DNA of 64,000 bases from a virus. The first letter of the stretch is position 1. The number at the start of each line of letters is the position of its first letter. The notes below the pieces were generated by a model. It had not been told where the DNA came from. It was given only the letters and a program-made list of their open reading frames with translations, and did not search any database. Shown here piece by piece: positions 26,199 through 36,559 of the stretch. The stretch is from positions 1-64,000 of IMG/VR virus record IMGVR_UViG_3300032053_000047. One strand, written 5' to 3'. The position numbers and the translations under genes are program-made.

Positions 26199-29159
26199 AT
26201 GGCCTATGACGCAGGTGCGGTGGTCGGCCATTTACGGATGGACATGTCCGGGTGGACGCAGAACGTCGCCAAGGCACAATCCGATTCAACGTCACTCAAA
26301 GCGACTATGAAAAGCCTTGGCGATAGTGTCCGTATGGCGTCCCTGGCATTCGGCGCAATTGGTGCAGCCATAACCTTGCCTCTCAAAAAGATGATCATGT
26401 TGGCGGGTGAAGATCAGCGGATATTTGCGCGCCTGCAACGGGCTGTTGAAAACGTCGGCGTGTCGTGGTCGAGTGCCGCTAAACGTGTTGATGAATTTAC
26501 CATGGCGATAGAACGGCAGTCCGTTTATAGTCACGATGAAGCGGCCGCATCTTTAACGCGCCTAATCATTATGACGGGCGATCTTGAGTCCGCCATGGGC
26601 GGCGTGAAATTGGCGGCTGATTTTGCTTCAAGCGGATTAGTTGATTTTCAAACTGCCTCTAAATACGTCGGTATGGCGATGTCTGGCCAGATATCTAAGT
26701 TGGGAAGAATGCTACCCGACATGTCGGTTGCCAATGATGAAATATTGAAGACGATGACCGGAGTGCAGTTAGCAGTATATGGGATTGATCTACTACAAAA
26801 GAAATTCAGAGGACTATCTGAAGCCGAACTACAAACATTACCTGGCCAATTAAAACAGTTGCATAACTATCTTGATCTCGTACAGGAATCTATCGGCGAG
26901 ACGATGATTCCGACTGTAACGGATTTTGTGAAACGCATGGGGGATGCTGCAACCGGACTTACGCGATTCATAAAAGCCAATAGTGAGGCGGTCGGGAAAG
27001 TGACTTTAGTCGCATCGGGCGTAGGCGTTGCTTCACTTGCTATCGCTGCCATGGGTGCTACATTGACGCTAGTAGTCCCTGGTATAGTTATGGGGTTTCA
27101 TGCAATAGCTATTGCAGCGGGCGTAGCGTGGGCGGCGATACTTGGTCCCATCGGCCTTATAGTTGCCGGACTCGCGGGAGTTGCTGTTGCTGCCTATGTA
27201 TTACGGGCGGAATTCAAACAGAATCTATATGGAATGAAAGCGGAATTCCAGGGGCTTGTTAATTTCATCGGCAAGGGTCTTGAAAACATGGTGGGCAATT
27301 TTGGCGGGTTCTTTCACGTTGTCGGCAAAGGATTTATTAACCTATTTAATTCCATAGTCGGCGGTTGGATGGGGATCAATGCTGTAATCAATAGTAGTAT
27401 TAGGAATATGTTTGATCCTAGTGGTCTTAATAAAGCTCTTGATGCTGGTCTTGCCGCAGTACGGAAGGACTATTTTGGGCCTCTATTCAATTTTATAACA
27501 GATGAATTCAAAGCGGAATGGATGAATTTGAAAGAGATTGGTGCGGCAACTGCCGCACAAATGATAGCAGACATTGCGGTGATACGCGGAAAGTTTCCCG
27601 GTCAGTCCGTGGGCGAACAGATGCAATCCTGGTTTCCTGTTATACCTGAACCCAAACCCGCGCCTGGCGCATCCGATGTCGAAAAGGGGGCCGCTGATGC
27701 TGCTAAAAAGGCACTGGAAGATCTTATCGATGCGGGCAAAGCCGCCTATTACGCAATAAACCCGGTTGAGGGCATCTTTGCCAAACTACAAGAGGATCTA
27801 CTCGGTATAAAAGCCGCCGGATTACTTACCGATGACACGCGCAGCCTGCTCGGGGTTGCCTTATGGGACCAGATCAAAGAACTCGCACCTGCGTCTATAC
27901 AGGCCATCATAGACAAGATCGCCGCACTTGACCCTGCAATTGCAGCCGCTACGGAATCGGTCCGCCAACTCGCCATAGCGGGCGAAGCCACGAAGATCCT
28001 CACCGAAGCCCAACCCGATCTCATGGCGTTCCAAAAGATCACTGGCGAACTTGAAACGCTCAAAACGGCGGGCCGCATGGGCGACGAGACTATGAACATC
28101 ATGTCCGCCCAGTACTGGCGCGAATGGGGCGGCATGGCTGATGCGGAATTGCAGCGGCTCATAGATCGGCTCGACGAAATGGGTGGGGCGGCGGCGGAAG
28201 TTGGCGAACAGTTACGGACCAATATGGCGTTAGAAAGCGTTGAAAAAAAAGCCGATCCAGAACTGGCAAAAATCAATAGAAAAATAAAAGCGTGGGAGGA
28301 TTTGCGCGGAATGGTAGGCAGTCTGGCAGGCGAATTATCTACCTTGGGATCAAATATGGGTAGCACGGCACTCCAGGCAATCGGACAAATTATTAGTGCT
28401 CTACTTACTATGATAATCACCTACTATATGATGATGGCGGCGGCTATTGCTGCGGGAACGGCGGCGGCGATGGCATGGATGGCAATACTAGGACCAATTT
28501 ATCTTGTTGTTGCAGCGATAAACCTTGTTATCAGTCTTTTCATGATGTGCGGTAGTACAGCCAAAAAAGAAATCACCACCATTCAAAAATTGATGAAGGG
28601 CCTGCAAGACGTAATGAATTCCGCCATAGACAGTTTTGCCGACGCCTGGGTGGATTTCCTCGAAACCGGCAAGTTCGAGTTCAAGGAATTTGTAGACAGC
28701 GTTTTGAAAGATCTTGCCCGTATGATGGCCCGGCTGGCCATGCAGGAAATTATCGGCGGTGTCTTTGGTCTAAGTGCAAGTGTGTTCAGCGCCAAAGGCA
28801 ATGTGTTCAAGGCGGGCAACATCGTGCCGTTCGCACGCGGCGGCGTAGTTCCCTACCCCACCATGTTCCCCATGCCGGCCAACAAACGCGGCATGATGGG
28901 CGAGGCGGGGCCGGAAGCGGTGTTCCCGCTTACACGGACACGCGGGGGCGATCTCGGTGTGCGGGGACAGGTTGCGCCGGTCAACATCGTGGTCAACGAC
29001 ATGCGCCGGGGCGGCGAGCCGGTCCAGGTATCCGAACAGACGGCCCGCGACGGCACACGGCAATTACAGATCACAATCCGCGACGCCATTGAGAGCATTG
29101 CCGCTGAAGGCGGGTTAAAGCGCACACTCCGGCTGGCAGGCATACAGGGGGCCTACTAA
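26199..29159 (+). CDS. tape measure protein
   Basis: 986 aa, Ala-rich helical; lambda-type C-terminus FARGGVV...MGEAGPEAVFPL. Confidence 0.92.
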   Translation: MAYDAGAVVGHLRMDMSGWTQNVAKAQSDSTSLKATMKSLGDSVRMASLAFGAIGAAITLPLKKMIMLAGEDQRIFARLQRAVENVGVSWSSAAKRVDEFTMAIERQSVYSHDEAAASLTRLIIMTGDLESAMGGVKLAADFASSGLVDFQTASKYVGMAMSGQISKLGRMLPDMSVANDEILKTMTGVQLAVYGIDLLQKKFRGLSEAELQTLPGQLKQLHNYLDLVQESIGETMIPTVTDFVKRMGDAATGLTRFIKANSEAVGKVTLVASGVGVASLAIAAMGATLTLVVPGIVMGFHAIAIAAGVAWAAILGPIGLIVAGLAGVAVAAYVLRAEFKQNLYGMKAEFQGLVNFIGKGLENMVGNFGGFFHVVGKGFINLFNSIVGGWMGINAVINSSIRNMFDPSGLNKALDAGLAAVRKDYFGPLFNFITDEFKAEWMNLKEIGAATAAQMIADIAVIRGKFPGQSVGEQMQSWFPVIPEPKPAPGASDVEKGAADAAKKALEDLIDAGKAAYYAINPVEGIFAKLQEDLLGIKAAGLLTDDTRSLLGVALWDQIKELAPASIQAIIDKIAALDPAIAAATESVRQLAIAGEATKILTEAQPDLMAFQKITGELETLKTAGRMGDETMNIMSAQYWREWGGMADAELQRLIDRLDEMGGAAAEVGEQLRTNMALESVEKKADPELAKINRKIKAWEDLRGMVGSLAGELSTLGSNMGSTALQAIGQIISALLTMIITYYMMMAAAIAAGTAAAMAWMAILGPIYLVVAAINLVISLFMMCGSTAKKEITTIQKLMKGLQDVMNSAIDSFADAWVDFLETGKFEFKEFVDSVLKDLARMMARLAMQEIIGGVFGLSASVFSAKGNVFKAGNIVPFARGGVVPYPTMFPMPANKRGMMGEAGPEAVFPLTRTRGGDLGVRGQVAPVNIVVNDMRRGGEPVQVSEQTARDGTRQLQITIRDAIESIAAEGGLKRTLRLAGIQGAY

Positions 29160-29527
29160 TGAGCGCGGGATCATGGCCTAGCGGGTTGCCGCAACTGCCG
29201 TTAGTCGGGGTAGCTGAAGAACATCTTGCCAACTATATTGAATCGGATGTTGATGCCGGACCCCCGAAACGCAGGCGCAACACTACCAAACGCCGCATAA
29301 TCCAGACCGTATCGTTGGAATTTACCGGCGCGCAATACGCCATTTTCAAGACATTCTATCAGGACACGCTCGAAGACGGGGCGCTCACGTTCGATTGGAC
29401 CGATGCGGTTGACGATACGGCTGTTGAATTCCGGTTTGCAGAACCCCCCCAGGTCGGACAATGGACACCCGCACCCGACCCGGATGACAGGTTCTATACA
29501 CTCACCCTGAAACTGGAGGTTATGTAA
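29159..29527 (+). CDS. distal tail protein (gpM-like)
   Basis: DAGPPKRRR..T, FYQDTLEDGALTFDW. Confidence 0.75.
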   Translation: MSAGSWPSGLPQLPLVGVAEEHLANYIESDVDAGPPKRRRNTTKRRIIQTVSLEFTGAQYAIFKTFYQDTLEDGALTFDWTDAVDDTAVEFRFAEPPQVGQWTPAPDPDDRFYTLTLKLEVM

Positions 29528-30019
29528 ATGCCCCGCGTGGTGTCGGCACAAGTCAAGGCGGCGGCAAACGCGCGGGAAACCGGCGTCATCCTGTTACAGA
29601 CGATTGATATAGTGCTTCCGGGCGGAACTACGCTCTATGTGGTCAACAATCCCGAAGACATTTCGGTCAACGCCCAGCCCTATACGCGCGCGGGGTTCCA
29701 GTTCGATATGCCGGAGGAAACCGAAGAAGGATTTTCAACGGCTCGGATGGCGGTAGACAACGTCGAACAATGGTTAACGCCCCACATCCGAAATCTGTTC
29801 GGACCCGTAACCGTAATAGTCCGGGTAGTCTCGCAATCCAACCTGGCGGCAAGTCCGCCCGAATTTGACAACGTAGAATTCCTATCGCGTCCGCTTCAAC
29901 TAAAAAATGTGACCTATGATACGCGGACAATGCGCGGCGTCCTGTCATACAACGATACGGCTAAACAATCGTGGCCGCACGATGGGTTTACGCCAAACCA
30001 TTTTGCGGGGTTGTTCTAA
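29528..30019 (+). CDS. tail tip protein (DUF1833/gpL-like)
   Basis: VNNPEDI, AVDNV, FTPNHFAGLF. Confidence 0.75.
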   Translation: MPRVVSAQVKAAANARETGVILLQTIDIVLPGGTTLYVVNNPEDISVNAQPYTRAGFQFDMPEETEEGFSTARMAVDNVEQWLTPHIRNLFGPVTVIVRVVSQSNLAASPPEFDNVEFLSRPLQLKNVTYDTRTMRGVLSYNDTAKQSWPHDGFTPNHFAGLF

Positions 30020-30399
30020 TGGACTGGACCAAATACATCGGAATCCCTTTCTCCTGGCATGGCCGCGACTGGACTGGCGTGGATTGTTACGGCATTCTAT
30101 GTCTCGTATTTGAAGCGCGCGGCATTATCCTACCCGACTATGGGTATTTGGACGCCCCCAATCTTACGCCACTTTTTAGTGCGGGTCTCCACGAATCGTG
30201 TTGGCGGCGAGTCGATAAACCCACTACATTCGATGCCGTACTGTTTTCGATCAACGGCCAGCCGCTTCATTGCGGCGTTATGGTGGATGACACGCGATTC
30301 CTGCACGCCCGCGCGGGCGTGAACAGTTGTATTCAGCGCGTAGACGGTATGGCGTGGCGCAACCGCGTACTGGGGTTCTACCGATATGTACAGCCCTAG
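30019..30399 (+). CDS. NlpC/P60 tail peptidase (gpK-like)
   Basis: YIGIPF..GRDWTGVDCYG, HCGV, FLHA, GFYRY. Confidence 0.9.
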   Translation: MDWTKYIGIPFSWHGRDWTGVDCYGILCLVFEARGIILPDYGYLDAPNLTPLFSAGLHESCWRRVDKPTTFDAVLFSINGQPLHCGVMVDDTRFLHARAGVNSCIQRVDGMAWRNRVLGFYRYVQP

Positions 30400-33300
30400 A
30401 ACAATAGATAAAGTTATCATAACAGCGGGTTCACTATTTTTCCCCGGTATCCGCACCCGCATGGAAGCTGAACCCGGCGGTTCGATTCTGGATCTTATCA
30501 GGTTGGCGAAAATCCCGGAACGGTATCATTCATACCTAACCGTATGGCTTGATGAAATGCCTATCCCAGAAACGTTCTGGCCGCGTGTCAGACCGCGGGC
30601 GGGCCATATTCTGGCTATCGGCATGGCACCCGCGGGCGACCTCACTGGCGCGAACGGGAAAGACACCCTGCAACTGGCGATTCCCGTCATGCTCCAATTT
30701 GGCGCAATGGCAGGCGCGCTCGCGTTGGGCGCTCCGGGGATTCTCGCTGGCGCAGCGAGTCTTGCGGGCGGCGGGATCGGGGTATGGATTGCACAAAACC
30801 TGATTCATGTGCCGGAACCCTATACGAATCCGGGGTTCAGCACAATCGTTGGGGCACGCAACCAGGTCCGTAAATATGAATGTGTTCCCCGCGTTTACGG
30901 GCGTATCCGGTATGCGCCGCCGCTTGCAGCTATGGCAGATATGCCATTCGAGGGGGCGGATCAATATGCCAAACTATTATTGACGCCCGGACACGCGCCT
31001 TTGGCGATTAGTGCGATCCGTATTGGCGATATTCCAATTGTTGACGCTGAGGCTGTAAACATTCAGATTGAACGTGTATGTCACTGGCACGACCAGGATA
31101 CGATTACACTATTCAGCCGCGACGTTCATACTATTATGCTTGAAAAGCAACTCAATTATGCCGATAGTTGGATAAATACTGAAGATCGATCCGGCGCAGA
31201 ATCTCCACACCTAAACGTCGTCACTGCTGCAACGCAGGAAAAAACCACGGAAGTCACGATAGATTTCTTGTTTCCCGATGGATTATGGAAGGAAAATAAC
31301 AAAGAGGTTGAATCGCGTACAGTTACGCTTGCCATTCGATACCGGCTCAGGGGTGCTACCGGGTCTAACTCTTGGATGTTATATTCAACTAGAGAGTTGG
31401 TATCCCCAAAACCTAAATCCGCTTGGGTTGCCGATCCGTGGACCTATACAAGCCTTGCGACGTGCAACAGCGTGCTTACAACAGCCGACGCCGCAATGAC
31501 GCTTATTGATGTAGGATCTAGGACCGTTTCGATGACTGTATGGACGTATTTCTTGGCGAAACTATCCAGCGTTGATGCTCGACTAGCGGCGAACATTGCA
31601 CAGGGTTTTCTTACATCTAATCAAGAAACAGAATCTATAACTGCCCGCGTCCTAATTGCCTCAATATCTGCAACACTCAACACGGCAACAATTACAGCAG
31701 ACATGACGGAATCCACCGCCTCTGATTTTAATGATGCGCTATCAGGTTTAACGTTTGTCCTCGATGCCATAGACTGCATAGAGCAAATGTTAGAGGCCCG
31801 CAACAATAACCTAGATTGGGATTCCCTTCCGGCATGTCACCGTCTTTGTATGTATGAATTGGGACTTACATTAGTGTGGCCACCGCGCCCATCTAATACA
31901 AGCGCGATTATCGTGACTGCGGCAAGCGCTGCGCCTTTGCCATACGCGGTTTCATGGTATGTTCCCGAAGGCCAGTATGATATTCAGGTCCGCAAGACTT
32001 CAGCGGATAACTATGGCGATCAAACCGTCCATGCAGTCATCGAGTTGTTTGCCTACCGGAGCACCTCGTTGGAAGCGGCTGTATCCGAGGCAATGAAACA
32101 AAAACTGGCATTCGTAGCCATGAAGATCAAGGCGACTGACGAGTGGAACAACCAGATCGACCAGATCACCATGCTGTGCGAGTCACCCTTGTACTGGCAT
32201 GACGGATTAGTATGGCGCGGCCCGGATCTCCTAGATGACGCCGGATATGAAGTATCCCGCAATCCGGCGTGGCAGATGTGCGATATCCTGCGGGGCGGCG
32301 CGGCCAAAGAACCCATTACGGACGACGATGATCTCGATCTTGTGCGGATTCGGGAGTTTGCCAATTATTGCAACACGCACAAGTACACCTGCGATATCGT
32401 ATTTGACAAACGGGTTAGCGCCGAAGAAGCGATGATGACCGTATGCCGGTGCGGGAAAGCCACCCCGAGTAAAACGGGTGAAGGCAAGTATACTGTAATT
32501 ATAGATCAACCTCAAACTACTCCCGTTGCCCTTATAACCCCGCGCGTGAGCAGCAATTTTGTTGCCACAAAAAATATGGAGGAACGCCCGCACGCACTCC
32601 GGGTGAAATTTCAAAATGCCAATAAAGATTATCAGGAAGATGAGGCATATGTTTATGCGGACGGATACGGGATAGAACACGGACTTGCCGAACCGACCGT
32701 CATAGAAGATGTTGAAATGCCCGGCGTTACCAGCCCCACGATGATCAAACATTTGGGCCGGTATTTCCTTGCTTGTTCCCAGTTGCGGCCCGAGATTTTT
32801 CAGGTTGACATAGATTTCAAAGCCATTGTATTCGAGCGCGGCGATCAGGTCCTGCTCCAGCATGATGTGCCGTTATTTGGCCGCGGGTCAGCCCGTATAA
32901 CGGCGTTGGAAGTCATTGGGGCACGCACGTTCGTAACGCTCGACGAACACCCAACAGCATGGGCGTGGGGTGCGGGTGCGTCAAATGCGATCCGTATTCA
33001 GACAGGAGGCAACCTGTTTGCCTATACGCCGTGTATTTACGATATTGAGGTTGATGCGGATCGGCTTTATGTTGATGAACCATACCCGACTAACTGGGGA
33101 AGTATCGCAGTAGGCGATCTTATTGCAGTTGGCGCAATTGACCTGGAAACGGTTGAATGTATTGTGCGCGGGATTTCGCCCGGCCCGGACCTGACATACC
33201 GCGTCACATTCCTCGATCATGCGCCCGAAGTCCATGACGCCGACGACGATATCCCGGAATACGATTCGCACATCACTTTACCGTATCATCCCGAACTTGC

Positions 33301-34777
33301 ACGGCCCCCACGCCCTGAAGTCATCGGGATTTCAACGGCTGATTCCGCAACGGTGCGGCAGACTGATGGAACCAAAGCAGCGCGTATCCTGCTATCGCTC
33401 CGGTTATCGCGTGGTGTAACGCCAATCGAACGGGTAGCGGCACAGAATGTTACGGGCGTCGAAGTCCAGTATCAGCGCATTAGTAGTTCCGGGTCCACTA
33501 ATGACCCCTGGCAGGTTATGCCGGTATTCACCCGCGATCTCAGTAACGTCTATGTGGACCCGATAGAGAAAGGGAAACCGTACAACATCCGGGTGCGCAG
33601 CGTCACCCGCACGGGCGTACCATCGGAATGGTTTTTACTCCTAAACATAATCGCGCTCGGCAAACAGGCGCGCCCGCCGGATGTTACTAGCTTGAAATAT
33701 GAAAACGGCGTGTTGACATGGAACACTTTTATCTCGCCGGACTTCGCCGGGTTTGAAGTGCGAATGGTTATTGGCAACGGAAACACCTGGGGTACTGCGG
33801 CCACGGCGCACAGCGGACTCCTCTATGCGGCCCGGTTTGAATGTCCAAAGATTGACCGCGTACAAGTGGAGTATTTTGTCAAAGCGTTTGATACATCCGG
33901 CAATGAATCGCATCGTGCCGCCTATCTGGCTATCACAATTCCGGCGTCGAAAGAAATGTATGATCTGGGCGGCTATGCTGACTGCCTATTATTCTCCACT
34001 CTTAATGGAATGGAGGCATATTTTACGGGGGATGGGGGCGTCCGTGCAGTCTCCGGTCGGTCTACGCGCTTCTATGACGGTTCCGGCGAACCGCTCTACC
34101 GCGCCGCAGGCACGCCTTTTTATGGAACTCTTTATGGTGCCTGTTCACTCATCACGCCTATCTTAGATGCCTATACTGATGCCACAGAAGAAAGCAATGC
34201 CAATGTGACCCATGATAACACGGAGTTTATCTGGTTCCGGTTGACTCAGACCAGTGATAAATGGCGCTTGCTTTATCGGAATACGGCTAAAGATCTTTGG
34301 CCGGCAGATCTCGATAATAATCTTTGGCCCGATGATATGAATGCCGATTTTTGGCCGGACCATTCGGCGAATTTCGAGGTTTTAATGGAAAAACCGCGGA
34401 CGCCGCTTCATCCCGATGCCAGTACATACGGGCATCAATTCAAATTTGAGTTTCCGCCGTGTGATACGCGGCCTGACATGACTAGTCTGCGAATAGTACG
34501 CGAGTTCCGCCGTCTTGAAGAAAGCGGACAAGGCCTTGCTGTGGCAGATAGTGGGAACGTATATATTCCGATAAAACTACCTTGGCAATATTGTGATGAA
34601 CATACTGTTGCATTAAGCAACGATCCTGACCAGAACGTTAACGCCGTAGGCGCATTAGCCCTTACGGCGACGCCCAATAGCGATACCGAAGGCCCGAAAG
34701 TTGTTGTTTACGGCGCAGGCGGATATCCGGCAGATCGTGTTGAAGGTATTATTGATTTTCACCTTGTGGGGTTTTAA
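30386..34777 (+). CDS. central tail fibre/host specificity protein (gpI-gpJ-like fusion)
   Basis: ubiquitin-like N-terminus, VPRVYGR, SRNPAW, FN3-like C-terminal repeats. Confidence 0.88.
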   Translation: MYSPRTIDKVIITAGSLFFPGIRTRMEAEPGGSILDLIRLAKIPERYHSYLTVWLDEMPIPETFWPRVRPRAGHILAIGMAPAGDLTGANGKDTLQLAIPVMLQFGAMAGALALGAPGILAGAASLAGGGIGVWIAQNLIHVPEPYTNPGFSTIVGARNQVRKYECVPRVYGRIRYAPPLAAMADMPFEGADQYAKLLLTPGHAPLAISAIRIGDIPIVDAEAVNIQIERVCHWHDQDTITLFSRDVHTIMLEKQLNYADSWINTEDRSGAESPHLNVVTAATQEKTTEVTIDFLFPDGLWKENNKEVESRTVTLAIRYRLRGATGSNSWMLYSTRELVSPKPKSAWVADPWTYTSLATCNSVLTTADAAMTLIDVGSRTVSMTVWTYFLAKLSSVDARLAANIAQGFLTSNQETESITARVLIASISATLNTATITADMTESTASDFNDALSGLTFVLDAIDCIEQMLEARNNNLDWDSLPACHRLCMYELGLTLVWPPRPSNTSAIIVTAASAAPLPYAVSWYVPEGQYDIQVRKTSADNYGDQTVHAVIELFAYRSTSLEAAVSEAMKQKLAFVAMKIKATDEWNNQIDQITMLCESPLYWHDGLVWRGPDLLDDAGYEVSRNPAWQMCDILRGGAAKEPITDDDDLDLVRIREFANYCNTHKYTCDIVFDKRVSAEEAMMTVCRCGKATPSKTGEGKYTVIIDQPQTTPVALITPRVSSNFVATKNMEERPHALRVKFQNANKDYQEDEAYVYADGYGIEHGLAEPTVIEDVEMPGVTSPTMIKHLGRYFLACSQLRPEIFQVDIDFKAIVFERGDQVLLQHDVPLFGRGSARITALEVIGARTFVTLDEHPTAWAWGAGASNAIRIQTGGNLFAYTPCIYDIEVDADRLYVDEPYPTNWGSIAVGDLIAVGAIDLETVECIVRGISPGPDLTYRVTFLDHAPEVHDADDDIPEYDSHITLPYHPELARPPRPEVIGISTADSATVRQTDGTKAARILLSLRLSRGVTPIERVAAQNVTGVEVQYQRISSSGSTNDPWQVMPVFTRDLSNVYVDPIEKGKPYNIRVRSVTRTGVPSEWFLLLNIIALGKQARPPDVTSLKYENGVLTWNTFISPDFAGFEVRMVIGNGNTWGTAATAHSGLLYAARFECPKIDRVQVEYFVKAFDTSGNESHRAAYLAITIPASKEMYDLGGYADCLLFSTLNGMEAYFTGDGGVRAVSGRSTRFYDGSGEPLYRAAGTPFYGTLYGACSLITPILDAYTDATEESNANVTHDNTEFIWFRLTQTSDKWRLLYRNTAKDLWPADLDNNLWPDDMNADFWPDHSANFEVLMEKPRTPLHPDASTYGHQFKFEFPPCDTRPDMTSLRIVREFRRLEESGQGLAVADSGNVYIPIKLPWQYCDEHTVALSNDPDQNVNAVGALALTATPNSDTEGPKVVVYGAGGYPADRVEGIIDFHLVGF

Positions 34778-34779
34778 CC

Positions 34780-35673
34780 ATGGCCTTTCCAGCAGCAGGT
34801 ACGTTTGAAGTCCCGGCAACGCCCGCCGATTTTATAGCAGACGATTTTGAGATAGCGCAAGAGGCGTTTTTGGCCGCGACTAAACAACTCATTGGCGCGG
34901 CGACACGAACAGAACTAACGTTATCCGCCGGAATCATTGTGCCGACAATCGGTTCGCACACCGTCGATACCGAAGCGGGCGCGGCAACCGATGATCTGAC
35001 AAACATCCAATATACCAATTTTGAAGACGGAGCCGCAATAGTCCTTTGGCCGGAAAATGCCGCGCGTGTTGTAACCCTAAAACACCTGGCGGGCGGCGTT
35101 GGTCAAATCAGCGTCTTAACGGAAGTGGATTTAGAGTTAACTATCCCGGTAGTTCTACAACGCCATGGCTCAGTCTGGTACGAGATGTTTCACGGGGAAG
35201 GCGTTGGCGTGCATATTGCAATACTCGCAACCATCGCAACACTTGGCCGCTGGCTAATCCGGGCGGCAGGCGGTTCAATCACGGACGACTATACTGGCGG
35301 GTACGCGGGCGGCACGAGCGGTTATAACGCCATGTTGGTGACGCAAACGGCCCCCGCATCGATGAAAGTCGCGGTTGCCGCCGGACTCTTTGCGATTGAC
35401 AATGTTCCCTATACGTTTATTGCCGCCGGCGATAGCGCCGTAATGACCGCGCCAAATGCTCAGCCGCGGATAGATAAAATCTGTTTGGATACCGACGAGA
35501 CGATTCAAGTAACGACCGGCGCTGAAGCCGGTTCGCCAGTTACTCCCGCAACCCCGGTAGGACAGTTTGCACTCGCCACGATCTATCACCGCGTTGGCGA
35601 AACCAGTATCAAGACAGTTGATGATACCGTGAACGGCTATGTCTATACCGACGAACGACATTTCTTCAATTAA
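34780..35673 (+). CDS. tail fibre/baseplate-associated protein
   Basis: VDTEAGAATDDL; C-terminal PRID..IYHRVGET domain. Confidence 0.65.
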   Translation: MAFPAAGTFEVPATPADFIADDFEIAQEAFLAATKQLIGAATRTELTLSAGIIVPTIGSHTVDTEAGAATDDLTNIQYTNFEDGAAIVLWPENAARVVTLKHLAGGVGQISVLTEVDLELTIPVVLQRHGSVWYEMFHGEGVGVHIAILATIATLGRWLIRAAGGSITDDYTGGYAGGTSGYNAMLVTQTAPASMKVAVAAGLFAIDNVPYTFIAAGDSAVMTAPNAQPRIDKICLDTDETIQVTTGAEAGSPVTPATPVGQFALATIYHRVGETSIKTVDDTVNGYVYTDERHFFN

Positions 35674-35686
35674 AGGAGCGTGACCC

Positions 35687-36487
35687 GTGGCATATGAATT
35701 CCCTGGACCTAACCCCATGGCGGAAGTGATCCCCAGCCGGAAAGCTCAAGACTTTTTTGACTGGCTGGAAGACAACGTGGGAGTCGCATTTGTGGATGTG
35801 CAACAAGCCGTGTTTTGGATGATCTCCAACGCCATTGCGGGTACTGGCGATTGGTATTTCCGTTCTGATGGCGGCTCCAACGTTTTAGCGACAACCCCAA
35901 CTTCAATGCAGGTGACGTTGAAAGCCGGGTTTGGTTTTTTGAACGGCGTACCGTTATACATAGCCGCTGATATTACGAGCGACGTGTTTGTCGCACCGAA
36001 TTCTGATCCCCGGATCGACGTACTGGCAATTGACGCCGATACCCGCCTCATTGTAATTTTCGAGGGCGCAGAAGATCCGGCTCCAGTAGCGCCAGCCGTT
36101 ACGGGCAATTGCGTTGGGGTTGCGGAAATCTATCATAGGGTCGGTGAAACTACCATTAAACAACTTGATGATAGCGTGAACGGATACATTACGAATCTCT
36201 ATATGTCCATACAGGCATTCACGGACGCTGACGCTACCCCGTCGGTGCTAGCCGCAAAACTCATTAGTACCCCGACAACAGTTGCGGCTCCCTACAACAT
36301 AACCATGTTCCATGACGGCTACAGAGGCCAGGAGATTACGCTGATTGGCTATAATCCCGATTGCACGGTAAAACAGGGAAGCAACCTGAAAATCAATGGT
36401 GATTGGACCGCCACGGCATATTGCACGTTACGGCTCCTATTCGGCGGGACGAACTGGTTTGAAATCTCGCGGTCCCCAAATGCCTAA
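35687..36487 (+). CDS. tail fibre-associated protein
   Basis: shares PRID..IYHRVGET domain with the upstream gene and its C-terminal domain with the downstream gene. Confidence 0.65.
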   Translation: MAYEFPGPNPMAEVIPSRKAQDFFDWLEDNVGVAFVDVQQAVFWMISNAIAGTGDWYFRSDGGSNVLATTPTSMQVTLKAGFGFLNGVPLYIAADITSDVFVAPNSDPRIDVLAIDADTRLIVIFEGAEDPAPVAPAVTGNCVGVAEIYHRVGETTIKQLDDSVNGYITNLYMSIQAFTDADATPSVLAAKLISTPTTVAAPYNITMFHDGYRGQEITLIGYNPDCTVKQGSNLKINGDWTATAYCTLRLLFGGTNWFEISRSPNA

Positions 36488-36502
36488 ACGGTTATTGTGT
36501 TA

Positions 36503-36523
36503 TTGTATTTTCCCGGTACAATT
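36503..36523 (+). promoter_or_regulatory. putative late promoter motif, copy 6
   Basis: TTGTAT-N8-TACAAT. Confidence 0.55.
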
Positions 36524-36559
36524 CGCCACCATGTAACTAATAGATAAAGGATCGATTCA

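Noticed and set aside
27749-28420. Long antisense ORFs in the tape measure, GT and tail genes
   Set aside because: No recognisable motifs or SD, unlike the intein antisense ORF; typical in-register shadows of GC-rich genes
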